From contig NC_068995.1 in the NCBI RefSeq assembly GCF_001194135.2, positions 23,584,613 to 23,648,612 on the forward strand: DNA of 64,000 nucleotides, read 5' to 3'. Position 1 is the stretch's first letter. Each line of letters starts with the position of its first letter. The stretch comes from Octopus bimaculoides (taxonomy: Eukaryota). Positions 25,794 to 37,892 of this stretch are shown here, piece after piece. The notes under the pieces are model-generated. The model ran no database searches. It was not told the origin of the DNA and worked only from the letters and a program-made list of their open reading frames with translations. Both the position numbers and the translations under genes were made by a program.

Positions 25794-25825
25794 GAAAATA
25801 CCATAAGAACGAGCGAAATGAAATG
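25794..25825 (+). CDS. Candidate 32-nt micro-exon
   Basis: Strong acceptor ttatttgtttttgtttactgcag and donor ATG|gtaaga; phase 1 to 0 reads (G)KYHKNERNEM. Confidence 0.45.
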
Positions 25826-27170
25826 GTAAGAAGCTACTACAATCATTTTCCATCTAACATTATCCATGTATAAACTGATTGTGAAATGACTGAGAATATA
25901 GCAATAAATTCTTCAAAAGAACCGATTTTTAACAGTGCATAACAACATTAACAGATATAATATCTCCTACACAAAGTCACATACATAATCACACAGACAA
26001 AAAATATTCCACAGACACACACTAATGTGCACATACACGCACACGTACACATCAATGCACATTCATACGTGCAAACACATTCGACCAGCAAATGAAATTT
26101 ATTGCATGAAAGCCTATAACAACGACGCCATTTACAGTACTACTGTTTATATTCTTATTTATTTCCTTAACAAAATTGTTATATCCCTTTCACTATCGAT
26201 GACATTAATTTCACTTCATCATGTAATGTTATGTTATTTTACACTTTTCTTTTGACCCTTAATGTGCAAATTTTCTTGTTTTCTTTTGTACTTTTTTCGA
26301 TACTTCCTTCCGCTAATTTCCTCTATTAGACCTAACCTTTTTTCCGGTTCTATCAATATAAGTCATCTTTTATTTTGTACCAATATCACTGTTCTCGCTT
26401 CTTCAATTATATCCCGTCCTATTTGTTTCTTGGTATGCTATATTGTAATTGTACTTCATCTCATTTTCATTTTCTTTTTTCTTTTGAGACATTGAAACAC
26501 GATGTTCAAAAAGGTGTTAACCTCAAGAAATTTAATATTTGAATGAACGAAAACAAATTAAATAAAATAAAATATGTATTTGTTTCTCTTTCATTGAATT
26601 CATGTATTCATTTTGAAATTTTTGGTAAGCTCTGTTTTTACAATTTCGCAAACCTTCCAGAGCAACGTTAATCATAAATTAGGTGTAATTTATTTATTTA
26701 TGTATAAATTATTATATGCGATATGTTTAAAAATGATCGTTCTCTGTTATGTCATAACTATGGATTTCAGATATTCTTTAATTGTCCCCTTGTACAAAAT
26801 AACTTGTAATTGCTGAATGGCGTGCTTAGCTGATTTCATAGATTAGCTAAATTGTCTCGAACAGAAACAATTTATAAGGGCATGACTGTGGAAATTTTCT
26901 TTCTAGCATCAATCAATTAATAACTTTAACTCATTTAGACTACATCGACAGAATCAAACAAATAATAATTTTCGAAATATGAAATCGTGATAAAATTTCA
27001 AGAAGAATTCTAATAAACAACGGAAATAAAAGCTCCATAAATATGATGCGGAAGAGATAAGCTATGCCTAACATCCTGGTGAAAAATGACAAATAACTCT
27101 AACTATATCACTAAATTTATATATAAACTATAGAATAACATAAGTGTTTTATTCTATCCGCATCTATCAG

Positions 27171-27269
27171 ATTCAGAAGAATTATGTAAAAAGGTTGAGA
27201 AGGTTCGGGGCTGCCGGGTCATTGGCCAAACAGAAAACTACTCAGACACTCTTGTTCTCACCATGGAGG
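27171..27269 (+). CDS. Candidate 99-nt exon
   Basis: Acceptor ttttattctatccgcatctatcag; GC-richer than flanks; open in two frames (IQKNYVKRLRRFGAAGSLAKQKTTQTLLFSPWR or DSEELCKKVEKVRGCRVIGQTENYSDTLVLTME). The donor at 27270 (gtttta) is weak; alternative donors at 27194 and 27203. Confidence 0.4.
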
Positions 27270-28500
27270 GTTTTATATTCATCATTGAAAACATTTTCAA
27301 ATAACGGGTTTTTTCTTTCTTTTTTCCTTATCTCCTTTCTTGAACACATATCCGTTTGTAAAAGAATGACACACTGCGTATCTATTTCAGTCATAACAAA
27401 CAAAATATTGAAACGTTATTATTGAGGAATAACAACGATAATATACTGACACTGTTACTGTTAAGCACATTGTTCACCTACGCAATGAACAGATTTAGCA
27501 ATGTAGAATATATGCATACAGGTTTATCTTCATATTAAAAAAGTAAATACTGCACACTTTGGCTCTTTATTGATTCTGTAGTGGTCACTTTTACTTCAAA
27601 TGAACGTTTTAATACATATTGATTTCTAACTTTCGTACAAAGCCTCATATTTAGGAAGAATGAACAATCGGTTGAAAAGACCCTAGCAGTTATTTCATCG
27701 ACACGGAGAAGATGAGAAGTGATGCTCAGTAATTACAAGTCTGCCTTCAACTAGAAATAAAATTCAAATAAGGAAGAATAAATGAAAGGTAAATGCAATC
27801 GGTGTCAGAAAAGAAAAGTTCGCACCGTCTTGGAGAGTAAATATATAAAAATGATGAGGAAGGAACTGGGAGTGAGAAAAGTAAGTATTTAGAATGGCTT
27901 GCAACAAGACTACTTGACTGAATATGTGACAAATTCAAGCATATAATCCCTGAAACGATCTTCCAAGTTCCACCCAGCTGTATAGAATTTATATTTTATG
28001 TTATATATAATATAGTTGAATGCACATCTGTAGTAATCAGTCAAATTTCAAAGTAATGTTAAATCAGTGAAGATGGTCTGCAGACACAATGCAAGGGGCA
28101 TTCCCGTGGCGACGTTGGGATACTACACCTTAAACTCTCCTACCTGAACTTTAATTTTAAATACAACTTATATATGTATGTATTTTTATATATATATATA
28201 TNNNNNNNNNNNNNNNNNNNNNNNNNNNNNNNNNNNNNNNNNNNNNNNNNNNNNNNNNNNNNNNNNNNNNNNNNNNNNNNNNNNNNNNNNNNNNNNNNNN
28301 NNNNNNNNNNNNNNNNNNNNNNNNNNNNNNNNNNNNNNNNNNNNNNNNNNNNNNNNNNNNNNNNNNNNNNNNNNNNNNNNNNNNNNNNNNNNNNNNNNNN
28401 NNNNNNNNNNNNNNNNNNNNNNNNNNNNNNNNNNNNNNNNNNNNNNNNNNNNNNNNNNNNNNNNNNNNNNNNNNNNNNNNNNNNNNNNNNNNNNNATATA

Positions 28501-28644
28501 TATAGCAATAGGAAAATGGAGGGGAATATGTGGTACTCATCAACTTGCAGACATTGTGTTATGTCAATTTACCAGTTTATTTTTCAACTAAGAGGACAAT
28601 AAAATCAACATACAAACACTCCCCTCCATTTTCTTATTGCTATA
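28501..28644. mobile_element. Tiny MITE-like foldback (25-bp inverted termini)
   Basis: tatagcaataggaaaatggagggga (28501-28525) versus tcccctccattttcttattgctata (28620-28644), one mismatch, TA context. Confidence 0.7.
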
Positions 28645-28809
28645 TAAATTAAGGGTAAAATTTCCTTTTACCCGCACCCATTTATTGCACTTGGTAAAAA
28701 TACTAGTGTAATAGTTATTGGGTACTCTTCCGGCGGTATATTGGATAGATATTATCCCTTAGTGGGTTGGATTCACAACTCCTAACGTTATTGGATTATA
28801 TATATATAT

Positions 28810-29050
28810 AAGGGTAATGACCCCATGAATGACCATTGAATTGCACCTAGAAACATTCCTTCTGAAGAACAAGTCTGGGCAAGATTGTTTCTAGAACAAC
28901 AGCAGTCGCCCATGCATATCAGCCTTCCCATTCAACGCTAGGAATGTTATCCAAGTTACTGCCAAAAGCAGATGCAGCTTGGCACCATTGACGTCACAAC
29001 TCATTTCTACAGCTGAGTGAAATGGAGGGAAGGGGAAATAAAGTGTCTTG
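28810..29050 (-). mobile_element. SINE family IV, 5'-truncated (shares core with family III, different tail)
   Basis: actcatttctacagctgagtga..gaaataaagtgtcttgct matches the family III core; the 3' region (cagcagtcgcccatgcat..., gcttggcacca) differs. Confidence 0.75.
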
Positions 29051-29203
29051 CTATATATATAAACACACACACACACACACACTCACACACACACACACAC
29101 GACTAAGCACATAAAGGAAAACAAGGTGGAAAAAATTAGTACTCGTACACCGAAGGTAGAGTAGTATGCTTTTTTATTAAAGCTGCAAAATACATCACAA
29201 ATA

Positions 29204-29243
29204 ACTGCTACTCAGAGTTTCACGGTTCCGTTCATCGGGCAGT
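29204..29243 (-). ncRNA. Minimal type I hammerhead motif, family E (core CCGAUGA), within repeat 29101-29250
   Basis: Minus strand ACTGC CCGATGA ACGG aa CCGT GAAA CTC T GAGT A GCAGT: perfect 5-bp stem I, near-palindromic stem III. Confidence 0.72.
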
Positions 29244-29989
29244 TGTGATCAAGATTCTTTAACAAAAATGTGTGCCTGTGTTTGTGTGTGCATATGTGTG
29301 CGTGTATGTGTACGCCTGCATTTGTGTGTGTGCGTGTGTGCGTATATGTGTGCGTATGTATGTGCGGATGAATGTGTGTCTGTTTTACTGATTCTATTAG
29401 CATCACTGCCTAGCTAACTTGCTGCATGCGAAGAACCACCTTAATACCGTCCTTAATATATTGATTAAAAGAGGCACTAAAGAAAATAGTACATTCGATA
29501 AAAGTGACAACTATGGCTGAAAATTGCATTCCTATCCCTGCTGAGTAATGAATGAAACGATTGCAACAATAAATATATGTACAAATATATGCATTCAATT
29601 CTTTAACACTTAAAACTTCACCTCATTACGATTCTGCAACAAGTTATTAAAATAATCACGAGACAATATCTTGTCATATTTTTAAAAGAGTAGCAGATTT
29701 GTCAAATTTATAAAATTGAAAATTGACGTTAAGCTACCTACGTTTTCCCATACAAAAAATTCCTATTTGCTATATTTGTCATACGAAGTTACTCTGTGTA
29801 AAACGTTCTACCAAAATCCAAGTATTTTAAGTTATTAATATACTTTTAATCAGATTTAATCACATTAAAAGCAATACAGAATTTATCTTAAACATCGTTT
29901 TGATTGATCTGCAACAGTTTGTTCTCCTTCGTATTTCATTAATCATTTTAATGTATCTAAAAATACCGTTTACAACCTAGGTTATTGAA

Positions 29990-30013
29990 TAGATTTATAT
30001 TCCTAGCAATATG

Positions 30014-30107
<94 letters not shown>

Positions 30108-30114
30108 CATATAT

Positions 30115-30151
<37 letters not shown>

Positions 30152-30470
30152 AATATATACACACATATGTATACATATTCACGCACACAAACCATGTATG
30201 TGTATATGTGTATATATGCATTAGTATATGTATATATACATATAAAAATACATGTAAGCTTATGTGTATGTGTGTGTAGATATGAATATATATATATATA
30301 TATATGTATATATGTGTCTGTGTGTGTGTGTGTGTATGTGTGTACATATGCTTATATATATGCACACAAACACATACACATATGCACACACACACATACA
30401 CACATACATATATATATATATATACATACACACATACACACATACACAAACACAAACACACTTAAACACA
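29990..30470. repeat. Large compound (TA)n/(CA)n/(TG)n microsatellite block
   Basis: Directly visible; source of several spurious YI/HT/VC ORFs. Confidence 0.95.
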
Positions 30471-30783
30471 GAGGGAGAGAGAAATAGAAAATGAGAGAGA
30501 AAGAGAGAGATAAAGGCAGGATAGATCAAATTTTAAAATCTTTTGTTCATCCATGAGACATATTTAATCACCGAGAGTGGACAATGAATCAACATGTAAT
30601 CGGTACTATGGCAATGTGATATATACTCAGCAACGAAAAATGGAACGTATTGAATACTTACAAGTTATCTTGAAACACGCCCCTCCCCAACACACATGTA
30701 TACACTCACTGACACAGACAGACAGACACAGGCACACACACACATAGAATTAATGAAATATGTTTACATATAATATGCGTACG

Positions 30784-30819
<36 letters not shown>

Positions 30820-30824
<5 letters not shown>

Positions 30825-30985
30825 GGTGTCCACACAGTCTAGGTACATGGGATTAACAGATACTTTAAGAAATTATTATTTCTTATATTTAATTGTTTAT
30901 GTTATGATTATATTTACTCCATGTACCCACATGGGGATAACACATACTTTAAGAAATTATTATTTCTTATATTTAATTGTTTATG
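30820..30985. mobile_element. Tc1/mariner-type MITE start with an 84-bp internal tandem repeat running into a gap
   Basis: TA|cagggtgtcc terminus; unit catggga..tactttaagaaattattatttcttatatttaattgtttatg at 30846 and 30930. Confidence 0.55.
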
Positions 30986-31759
30986 NNNNNNNNNNNNNNN
31001 NNNNNNNNNNNNNNNNNNNNNNNNNNNNNNNNNNNNNNNNNNNNNNNNNNNNNNNNNNNNNNNNNNNNNNNNNNNNNNNNNNNNNNNNNNNNNNNNNNNN
31101 NNNNNNNNNNNNNNNNNNNNNNNNNNNNNNNNNNNNNNNNNNNNNNNNNNNNNNNNNNNNNNNNNNNNNNNNNNNNNNNNNNNNNNNNNNNNNNNNNNNN
31201 NNNNNNNNNNNNNNNNNNNNNNNNNNNNNNNNNNNNNNNNNNNNNNNNNNNNNNNNNNNNNNNNNNNNNNNNNNNNNNNNNNNNNNNNNNNNNNNNNNNN
31301 NNNNNNNNNNNNNNNNNNNNNNNNNNNNNNNNNNNNNNNNNNNNNNNNNNNNNNNNNNNNNNNNNNNNNNNNNNNNNNNNNNNNNNNNNNNNNNNNNNNN
31401 NNNNNNNNNNNNNNNNNNNNNNNNNNNNNNNNNNNNNNNNNNNNNNNNNNNNNNNNNNNNNNNNNNNNNNNNNNNNNNNNNNNNNNNNNNNNNNNNNNNN
31501 NNNNNNNNNNNNNNNNNNNNNNNNNNNNNNNNNNNNNNNNNNNNNNNNNNNNNNNNNNNNNNNNNNNNNNNNNNNNNNNNNNNNNNNNNNNNNNNNNNNN
31601 NNNNNNNNNNNNNNNNNNNNNNNNNNNNNNNNNNNNNNNNNNNNNNNNNNNNNNNNNNNNNNNNNNNNNNNNNNNNNNNNNNNNNNNNNNNNNNNNNNNN
31701 NNNNNNNNNNNNNNNNNNNNNNNNNNNNNNNNNNNNNNNNNNNNNNNNNNNNNNNNNNN

Positions 31760-31811
<52 letters not shown>

Positions 31812-31989
31812 ACGCACGCACACAAAAGCGTACACAATATCGCAAGAGGACATTACCACAAAAGATATTAATTATTCTGTGGGAGGTGATGTCAGAATGA
31901 ACATTATCTCCATCAACTTGATATCGGAGATAATTTATCCAAAGTTGTTGGTTCTTTGTGACGTATCATTTCTTTATATAACCCAGTGC

Positions 31990-33560
31990 AGAGACTGAGC
32001 TCATTGTAAACTCCTCGTGTAATGTTTATATTGCAATTGCGATCATTATCAGTTGAAACCTGCATTCCTTCAGCAATAATTTTTGTAGTCAATTTCAATG
32101 TGTGGAACGTCCGTTGGTTCATCTGTATTCTCAGTTTATTCTTTTTCTAATAACATCAGCTCCTCGTTAGATGAACTCTCTCTCTGGAACTTTAGCAACT
32201 CAATCATATCCCCCACCTATGACTTCTTTAAATCATTCATCCTTTCCATATGTCATATTTTCCCGAAATCCATTTAGACGTTCTGCTTGAGGACAGCTTG
32301 TTACACATACAATTTAGCCTTGTTATTTTTCAAGTTCTATTCTAAGTTGAAGTTTGGGCTTCATCCATGACTCACCAATATTATCCACAGCATCTGTTAA
32401 GCTGGATTCCTTCCAGAAATCTCTAACTGCATCTTTATCCTCCCTGTAAATTGCTTTCATAGGTTGTTTGAAAGTTCTCATATAATATGACTTGAAATCA
32501 GCTGTCACACCCTGTTCGCTTCGCTGAAGTATATTCGTTGAACCTTGGGGATATATTCTCTTCTCACATTATCAGAAAAGACGTGTAAATTCGTTGGGTG
32601 GTTTGGTGTATTGTCGAAAAGAAGCAATGTTTGATTGAGAATATTGTGCGTGACACTGTGCTTCGCTACGATAGAACAAAAAACGTTAGTAAACCCTTTG
32701 AAAAGGCTTTCAGCTATCCATACCTTCTTATTTGAATGCCAAATAGAACTAGAGTAAACTTTGTTAGGTATGATACACATGTAGGCGCTTAATTTCATAT
32801 CGCCGGCGGCATTTACTCCCCAAAATAAGTCAGACGATTTTTGAAAACTCTAAATCTTGGTGCAGATTTTCCTTCCTAATAAATAAATGTTCGAACAGAC
32901 ATGAACTTCCAGAAATGTGCAGTTTCATCAACATTGTATACTTGTTTTGGTATGCGGCCCCCTTCAGCGATCATTCTCTTCAACTGCCCAGGATAATTAT
33001 TAGCTGCTGTTGTAACAGCGCTCACAGTGTTATTAGTAATTTTATGTAGTGCGAATTCATGTGCTTCTTTAATTTCTCAGACCAGCCTTTGCTAGCCAAA
33101 AAATGATTTTCGGGAGAAGTTTCACCTTCTTCTTCATTTTCACTCTCTCTTTTTTTTTCTTTTTCTTTTGTATGTGTGTTTTATGTATTACTATCCTGTT
33201 TATCAGCACTTAACGGTGATTCTGATCTTCTGTCCATACAGCCAAGAGTCGTTCCATTTTAAACAATAAATTAGATCTATGGAAAAATAAGGCCCGGATA
33301 CTTAACAGAGTGGCTTCTTGAAGACTTATATAATTTTCTCTCTCTTGTCACGTATTGTTCCTCTGTAGACGTTGCAAGATTTTGTTTTGGCAATATAACT
33401 TAGTTTTACTTCCGCATGAACTATTTTTAACACACTAAGTATAATATGCAGCGTAATCCTTTCGCACGATTGCCTTCAGCTCTACTTGATAGTTTCTTTC
33501 TAGACATCTTAAATTGCTAATAAAAAATTGGCTCAGGAAGGATCTGATTTCTGAGAGCGG
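31990..33560 (-). mobile_element. Tigger/pogo transposase pseudogene
   Basis: MERLLAVWTEDQNHR (CENP-B-type HTH region), AEGGRIPKQVYNVDETAHFWK, LLLFDNTPNHP, DFKSYYMR..FWKE..DAVDNIGESW, with many stops and frameshifts. Confidence 0.85.
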
Positions 33561-33964
33561 AAACTGTCGTTCCCATTGAGGCAATAATGAAAATTAGATG
33601 AAAAGATGAGGAACTGAAAAAAGAGAAAGATCATTATGATTGCAATTAGCTGAAGTTTCACTAGATTTTATGAAATTATTCTCACCTTGCACTTCTAACT
33701 TAAGTCATGAATCCACATGAGGTTCACACCCATGCGCATACGTTTTGGTGTACAAACTGGTATCCGTTGTAGCCATTCGGATTCAAAAGTTGGTGGATTA
33801 ACAGTCGGGATAATCAAATTTGGATATCACTCACGGTGGTATTTGCTTTACGATAAGTTAGATCTAACCATAACAACAATCACCACACCAACTAACAAAT
33901 CGGTTCTTTGGTTAACGTGCTGCTTAAACAATATAAAATCGAAGTACATATAGCTACATATACA

Positions 33965-33966
33965 CT

Positions 33967-34060
<94 letters not shown>
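33965..34060. repeat. (GACA)n(GATA)n microsatellite
   Basis: Directly visible. Confidence 0.95.
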
Positions 34061-34061
<1 letters not shown>

Positions 34062-34484
34062 GTTGTATTTGTCCTGTCATATCAATACTTGTATCAGTCG
34101 TTAGACTGCAGCGTTCCCTTGAAGAATTTTATATCTGTTGTTTAACTATTATTTCTAGCATATGCTATATATGTGTGTGTTTCTCTCAGGCATGTATTTC
34201 GTGACGATGATTAAATGTCAGTTATTAAAGTATTACTAAAACAAATATTTAAGTTTATGATGTAAGAACTTTTAATATATGCTTGAGCAATTAAAATTAC
34301 TAGCCAAATTACACCATGCTCTTTTATCTACGTAGTTTCATATTTACGTAAAAGCTACAGTATGGCAGCTATAGTTGTTAGAATTATCAGCCAGAACCAA
34401 CTAACTAATCGGTTGTTTAACACGCTAGCTAAAACGAAGTACATATATATATGTGTGTGTGTATGTATGTACATATACATACAT

Positions 34485-34517
<33 letters not shown>

Positions 34518-34532
34518 NNNNNNNNNNCATAT

Positions 34533-34564
<32 letters not shown>

Positions 34565-34968
34565 TTACATGTGCAATATGTATGTATGGATATGTAATAT
34601 ATTAAGACCATCAGTATCTCTATACTGTACATCAGTATCTCTATATAAATAACACAAAGTAGATGATAATCGATAATCAATAAAGTTTATTAATCAATCT
34701 TTCCAACATGCTTCACTCCATATCAAATAAGAAAGAAATTACGATCAGATGACCACCAATATAAAACGCCACAGCATAGCAACAAAAGTTCCAAATTGTA
34801 TGATAAGTCTGTGTATGAGTAAAATGGAATATATGGTTACGTACTAAAATAGTTTCAAAAGTTTCTCCGAGTGCATTTTATGTAACTTTAAGGTGATATG
34901 TTACTGTTTAGTGTTCCTCCTTTTCGGATCCTTTTGTTTCTATTGCTCACTTGTCTATTGTCGTCTAG

Positions 34969-35088
34969 TAGTCTATTATCAAAAGAAAACGAGAATAATT
35001 CGTACATTGAACAACCGAAAAGGGAGTGGAAATTGGAATGGGTCAAGCAATCAATCACCTTCCTCCTACACAAGCTAACTCCAGTGAG
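34969..35088 (+). CDS. Candidate 120-nt exon (phase 2 to 2), tandem NAGNAG acceptor
   Basis: Long pyrimidine tract then tag/tag; open frame SLLSKENENNSYIEQPKREWKLEWVKQSITFLLHKLTPV; donors CCA|gtgagg (35084) or GAG|gtaggg (35089). The latter is phase-compatible with 42218. Confidence 0.35.
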
Positions 35089-35433
35089 GTAGGGTAGAGG
35101 TTTGGTCTTAATAAGGTGATTTCCTTATCTGTAGAAATGGAGTTTTGGGGGATGGTTTTGGAGAGTTGATAGGTGATTAACATTATCAGTATTTGATATT
35201 AAAATTGAAAGCAAGGCGCTCAGCCAATGACAGTATAAACAATAAAAGAATCCATATATAGTGCCGTTAGTAATATACTTGTACTTACACAAAACCACAT
35301 GTATCAGGTCATCCCATAAATTCTGTCCAAATTTTGAATACAGAAATCAAATGATCAAATGATTAATTGTTATATTTAATTGAAATTTAATCATCAATGT
35401 ACTTTCCCTGATTATCTATGACTTCTTTCCATC

Positions 35434-35717
35434 TTCTATATTCAAGAGATGAGGAATATATGTACATTATTCACATTATTTACAATTGACGGATATTTGT
35501 CCTCATCTGGTTTGTTGTTAACACAACGCTTCGGCTGATATACCCTCCAGCCTTATATAGGTGTACTGGGGAAATTTCGAACCTGGGTTCTCATTCCAAA
35601 GATATTTTTCGATGTTGTTATTATTATTATTATCATTATTATTATTCAGGTCACTGCCTGAAATAGAACTCGGTATCTTGGGGTTAGTAGCCCGCGCTCT
35701 TAACCACCACGCCATAT
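35434..35717 (-). mobile_element. Inverted 5' terminal repeat of a Penelope-like element: tRNA-like head + (AAT)n + decayed hammerhead
   Basis: Reverse complement of 36761-37019; A box tggcgtggtgg; hammerhead remnant ACAC CTATATA A GGCTGG..TCAGCC GAAG CGT T GTGT at 35521-35564. Confidence 0.85.
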
Positions 35718-35735
35718 TGTTATTAATACACGCAC

Positions 35736-36724
35736 CAAGTATGGATTCAGGACATCCGTATGCCGCAAGTCGACCTTCACTGGACGATACCTCAACTACA
35801 ACTCCCACCATCTATACAGTTTAAAGAGAGGGATTGCTCAGTACCTAAAACATCGAGCAATGAATATAAGTAGCGATTGTGATATACTCCACGAAGAAAT
35901 GATCAAGCTCAGTAACAATCTATTAAGCAATAACTACTCCAAAACATACTCTCCACTCCAATTATGAGGAAAGAGCGGATGAAACCAAAAAACTGTCCAC
36001 AGTCTGTCTACCCTATGTGAAAGGTCTCTCCGAAAACATACAAAAGATATGTTATTTCTTTACTACCCACAAGGGGCTACACACAGAGGGGACAAACAAG
36101 GACGGACAAACGGATTAAGTCGATTATACCGACCCTAGTGCGTAACTGGTACTTATTTAATCGACCCCGAAAGGATGAAAGTCAAAGTCGACCTCGGCGG
36201 AATTTGAACTCAGAACGTAGCGGCAGACGAAATACCGCTAAGCATTTCGCCCGGCGTGCTAACGTTTCTGCCAGATCGCCGCCTTTAAAAAAAAGATATG
36301 TGGCTCATATGACATCAGGACAGTATTCAAGAGTAACACAACACTTTGCAAATATCTCTTTCGAGTAAATCCACCAGTAGAAGAGAATATGACCAAAAAC
36401 TGTGTGTACTCCATCCATGCAGCTGTGGTAGGTTATACAAAGGCAAAACATGCCGCGCCCTCAAAATAATAGAAACATCGCAAAGCTGTGAGACAGGGAG
36501 ATATTGATAAATCGGGTATAGCTGATTATGTATGGAAAAATGGAAACCACCTCCCCATGTGGGATGAAGTTAAAATAATAGACAGAGAACAACACTGGAA
36601 AATATGAAAACTAAAAGAAGCAGCACATATGCTAGGACACCACAACCTCCTAAGCAGACCGAGTGCAGATATGAACAGCATGTGGGAAACGGTACTAAGG
36701 AAGGATAGGAGAATATTAAATTGA
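35736..36724 (+). pseudogene. Penelope/Poseidon-type PLE ORF 3' part (RT thumb to GIY-YIG), interrupted by a SINE
   Basis: YGFRTSVCRKSTFTGRYLNYNSHHLYSLKRGIAQYLKHRA...LPYVKGLSENIQKICGSYDIRTVFKSNTTL...NCVYSI...KSGIADYVW..NHLPMWDEVKIIDRE..W..KLKEAAHM; stop at 36722-24. Confidence 0.9.
36053..36286 (-). mobile_element. SINE family I inserted into the PLE ORF with an 11-bp TSD
   Basis: AAAAGATATGT at 36042-36052 and 36291-36301; removing the insert restores IQKICGSYDIR. Confidence 0.92.
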
Positions 36725-36760
36725 TAAGGTCTAAAATTCACTCCATAATTGCCCACGAGC

Positions 36761-37019
36761 ATATGGCGTAGTGGTTAAGAGTATGGGCTATTGAGCCCAA
36801 GATTCCGAGTTCGATTCGATGCAGTGACCTGAATTATAATAATAATAACAACAACAACAACAACAACAACATCGAAAAATACCTTAGGAATGAAAACCTA
36901 GGTTCGAAATTTCTACAATGCACCTGATGAAGGCTGGAGTGTGTATCAGCCGAAACATTGTGTTAACAAACAAGATGAGGACAAATATCCGTCAATTGTA
37001 AATAACGTAAATAAGGTAC
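36761..37019 (+). mobile_element. 3' terminal repeat of the PLE: tRNA-like head (A/B boxes) + (AAT/AAC)n + hammerhead
   Basis: Begins 36 nt after the ORF stop; TGGCGTAGTGG and GAGTTCGATTC boxes; hammerhead at 36920-36963. Confidence 0.85.
36920..36963 (+). ncRNA. Minimal type I hammerhead motif, family A
   Basis: GCAC CTGATGA A GGCTGG agtgtgta TCAGCC GAAA CAT T GTGT; canonical core with an extra A; stem III is ACAT here versus GCGT in the sister copy (consensus ACGT). Confidence 0.72.
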
Positions 37020-37892
37020 CTACCATCTTTCTACAAGCTTTTTAATCCCATCAATGTAAAACTCTTTGGTTTCAAAGCGAAGAACTCTGAAATGTCAATT
37101 TTGACCTCCTCCTGGGAAAGTTATGTCCCCCAAATGATTCTGTAAACAACGAAACAAATGGTAAAATCGGACAGAACTTATGGAATGACCTGATATATGT
37201 CAATACATAAAATGCTGTTAGAAAAGCACTTTAACACACTATACGTTCATACACATTTAGATGAAAAAAATGTACACACACTACATAGATACACATAACA
37301 ATACACTTATACATACAAATATAAACGTACGTATATGATCACGAGTATATATGTCTGCAAACACATACATACACACATACACATACATACACGCATACAA
37401 AACATACATTCATTTCAAGCTTAAACGACCATATTTATACGTATGAATAACCACATAAAAATATGTATAAACTCCTTCAAGATATGCACGTGCTTGTGTG
37501 AGTGTGTGTAAGCATATACGGAAACAGTTGCATGTAAATATACATATACACGCACATCTATATGCACACAACTAATAGGTACACGTTCTTGCATATAAAC
37601 TCACATATATACATACACAAGTGTGCATCTATCGAATTTTAAGTCAACAATAGTCACTCTTTATTACGAGGATGGCGAACAAAATGTGAGCCGGGTAGAT
37701 TCGCACGTGCTGGTCCTAAGGGAGAGGGTTGAAGAACGTTTTGGTAGTTACAAATATAATGTGTTGGGGTAGTGGTGTGAATGTGTGTCCGTCCATGTGT
37801 GCATTTGTATATGTATGTATGTATGCTTACGTGTGTGCGTATGCGCGTGCGCGCGCGTGTAGGTGCATGTATGTATAAACATATATATATAC

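Noticed and set aside
29401-29520. Alternative phase-0 terminal exon (HHCLANLLHAK...DNYG*)
   Set aside because: Acceptor is only moderate, composition matches the background, and 39 open codons can arise by chance.
36761-36835. Functional tRNA gene (also 14380-14455 and other SINE heads)
   Set aside because: A/B boxes are present but there is no complete acceptor stem or terminator, and each continues into repeat body sequence.
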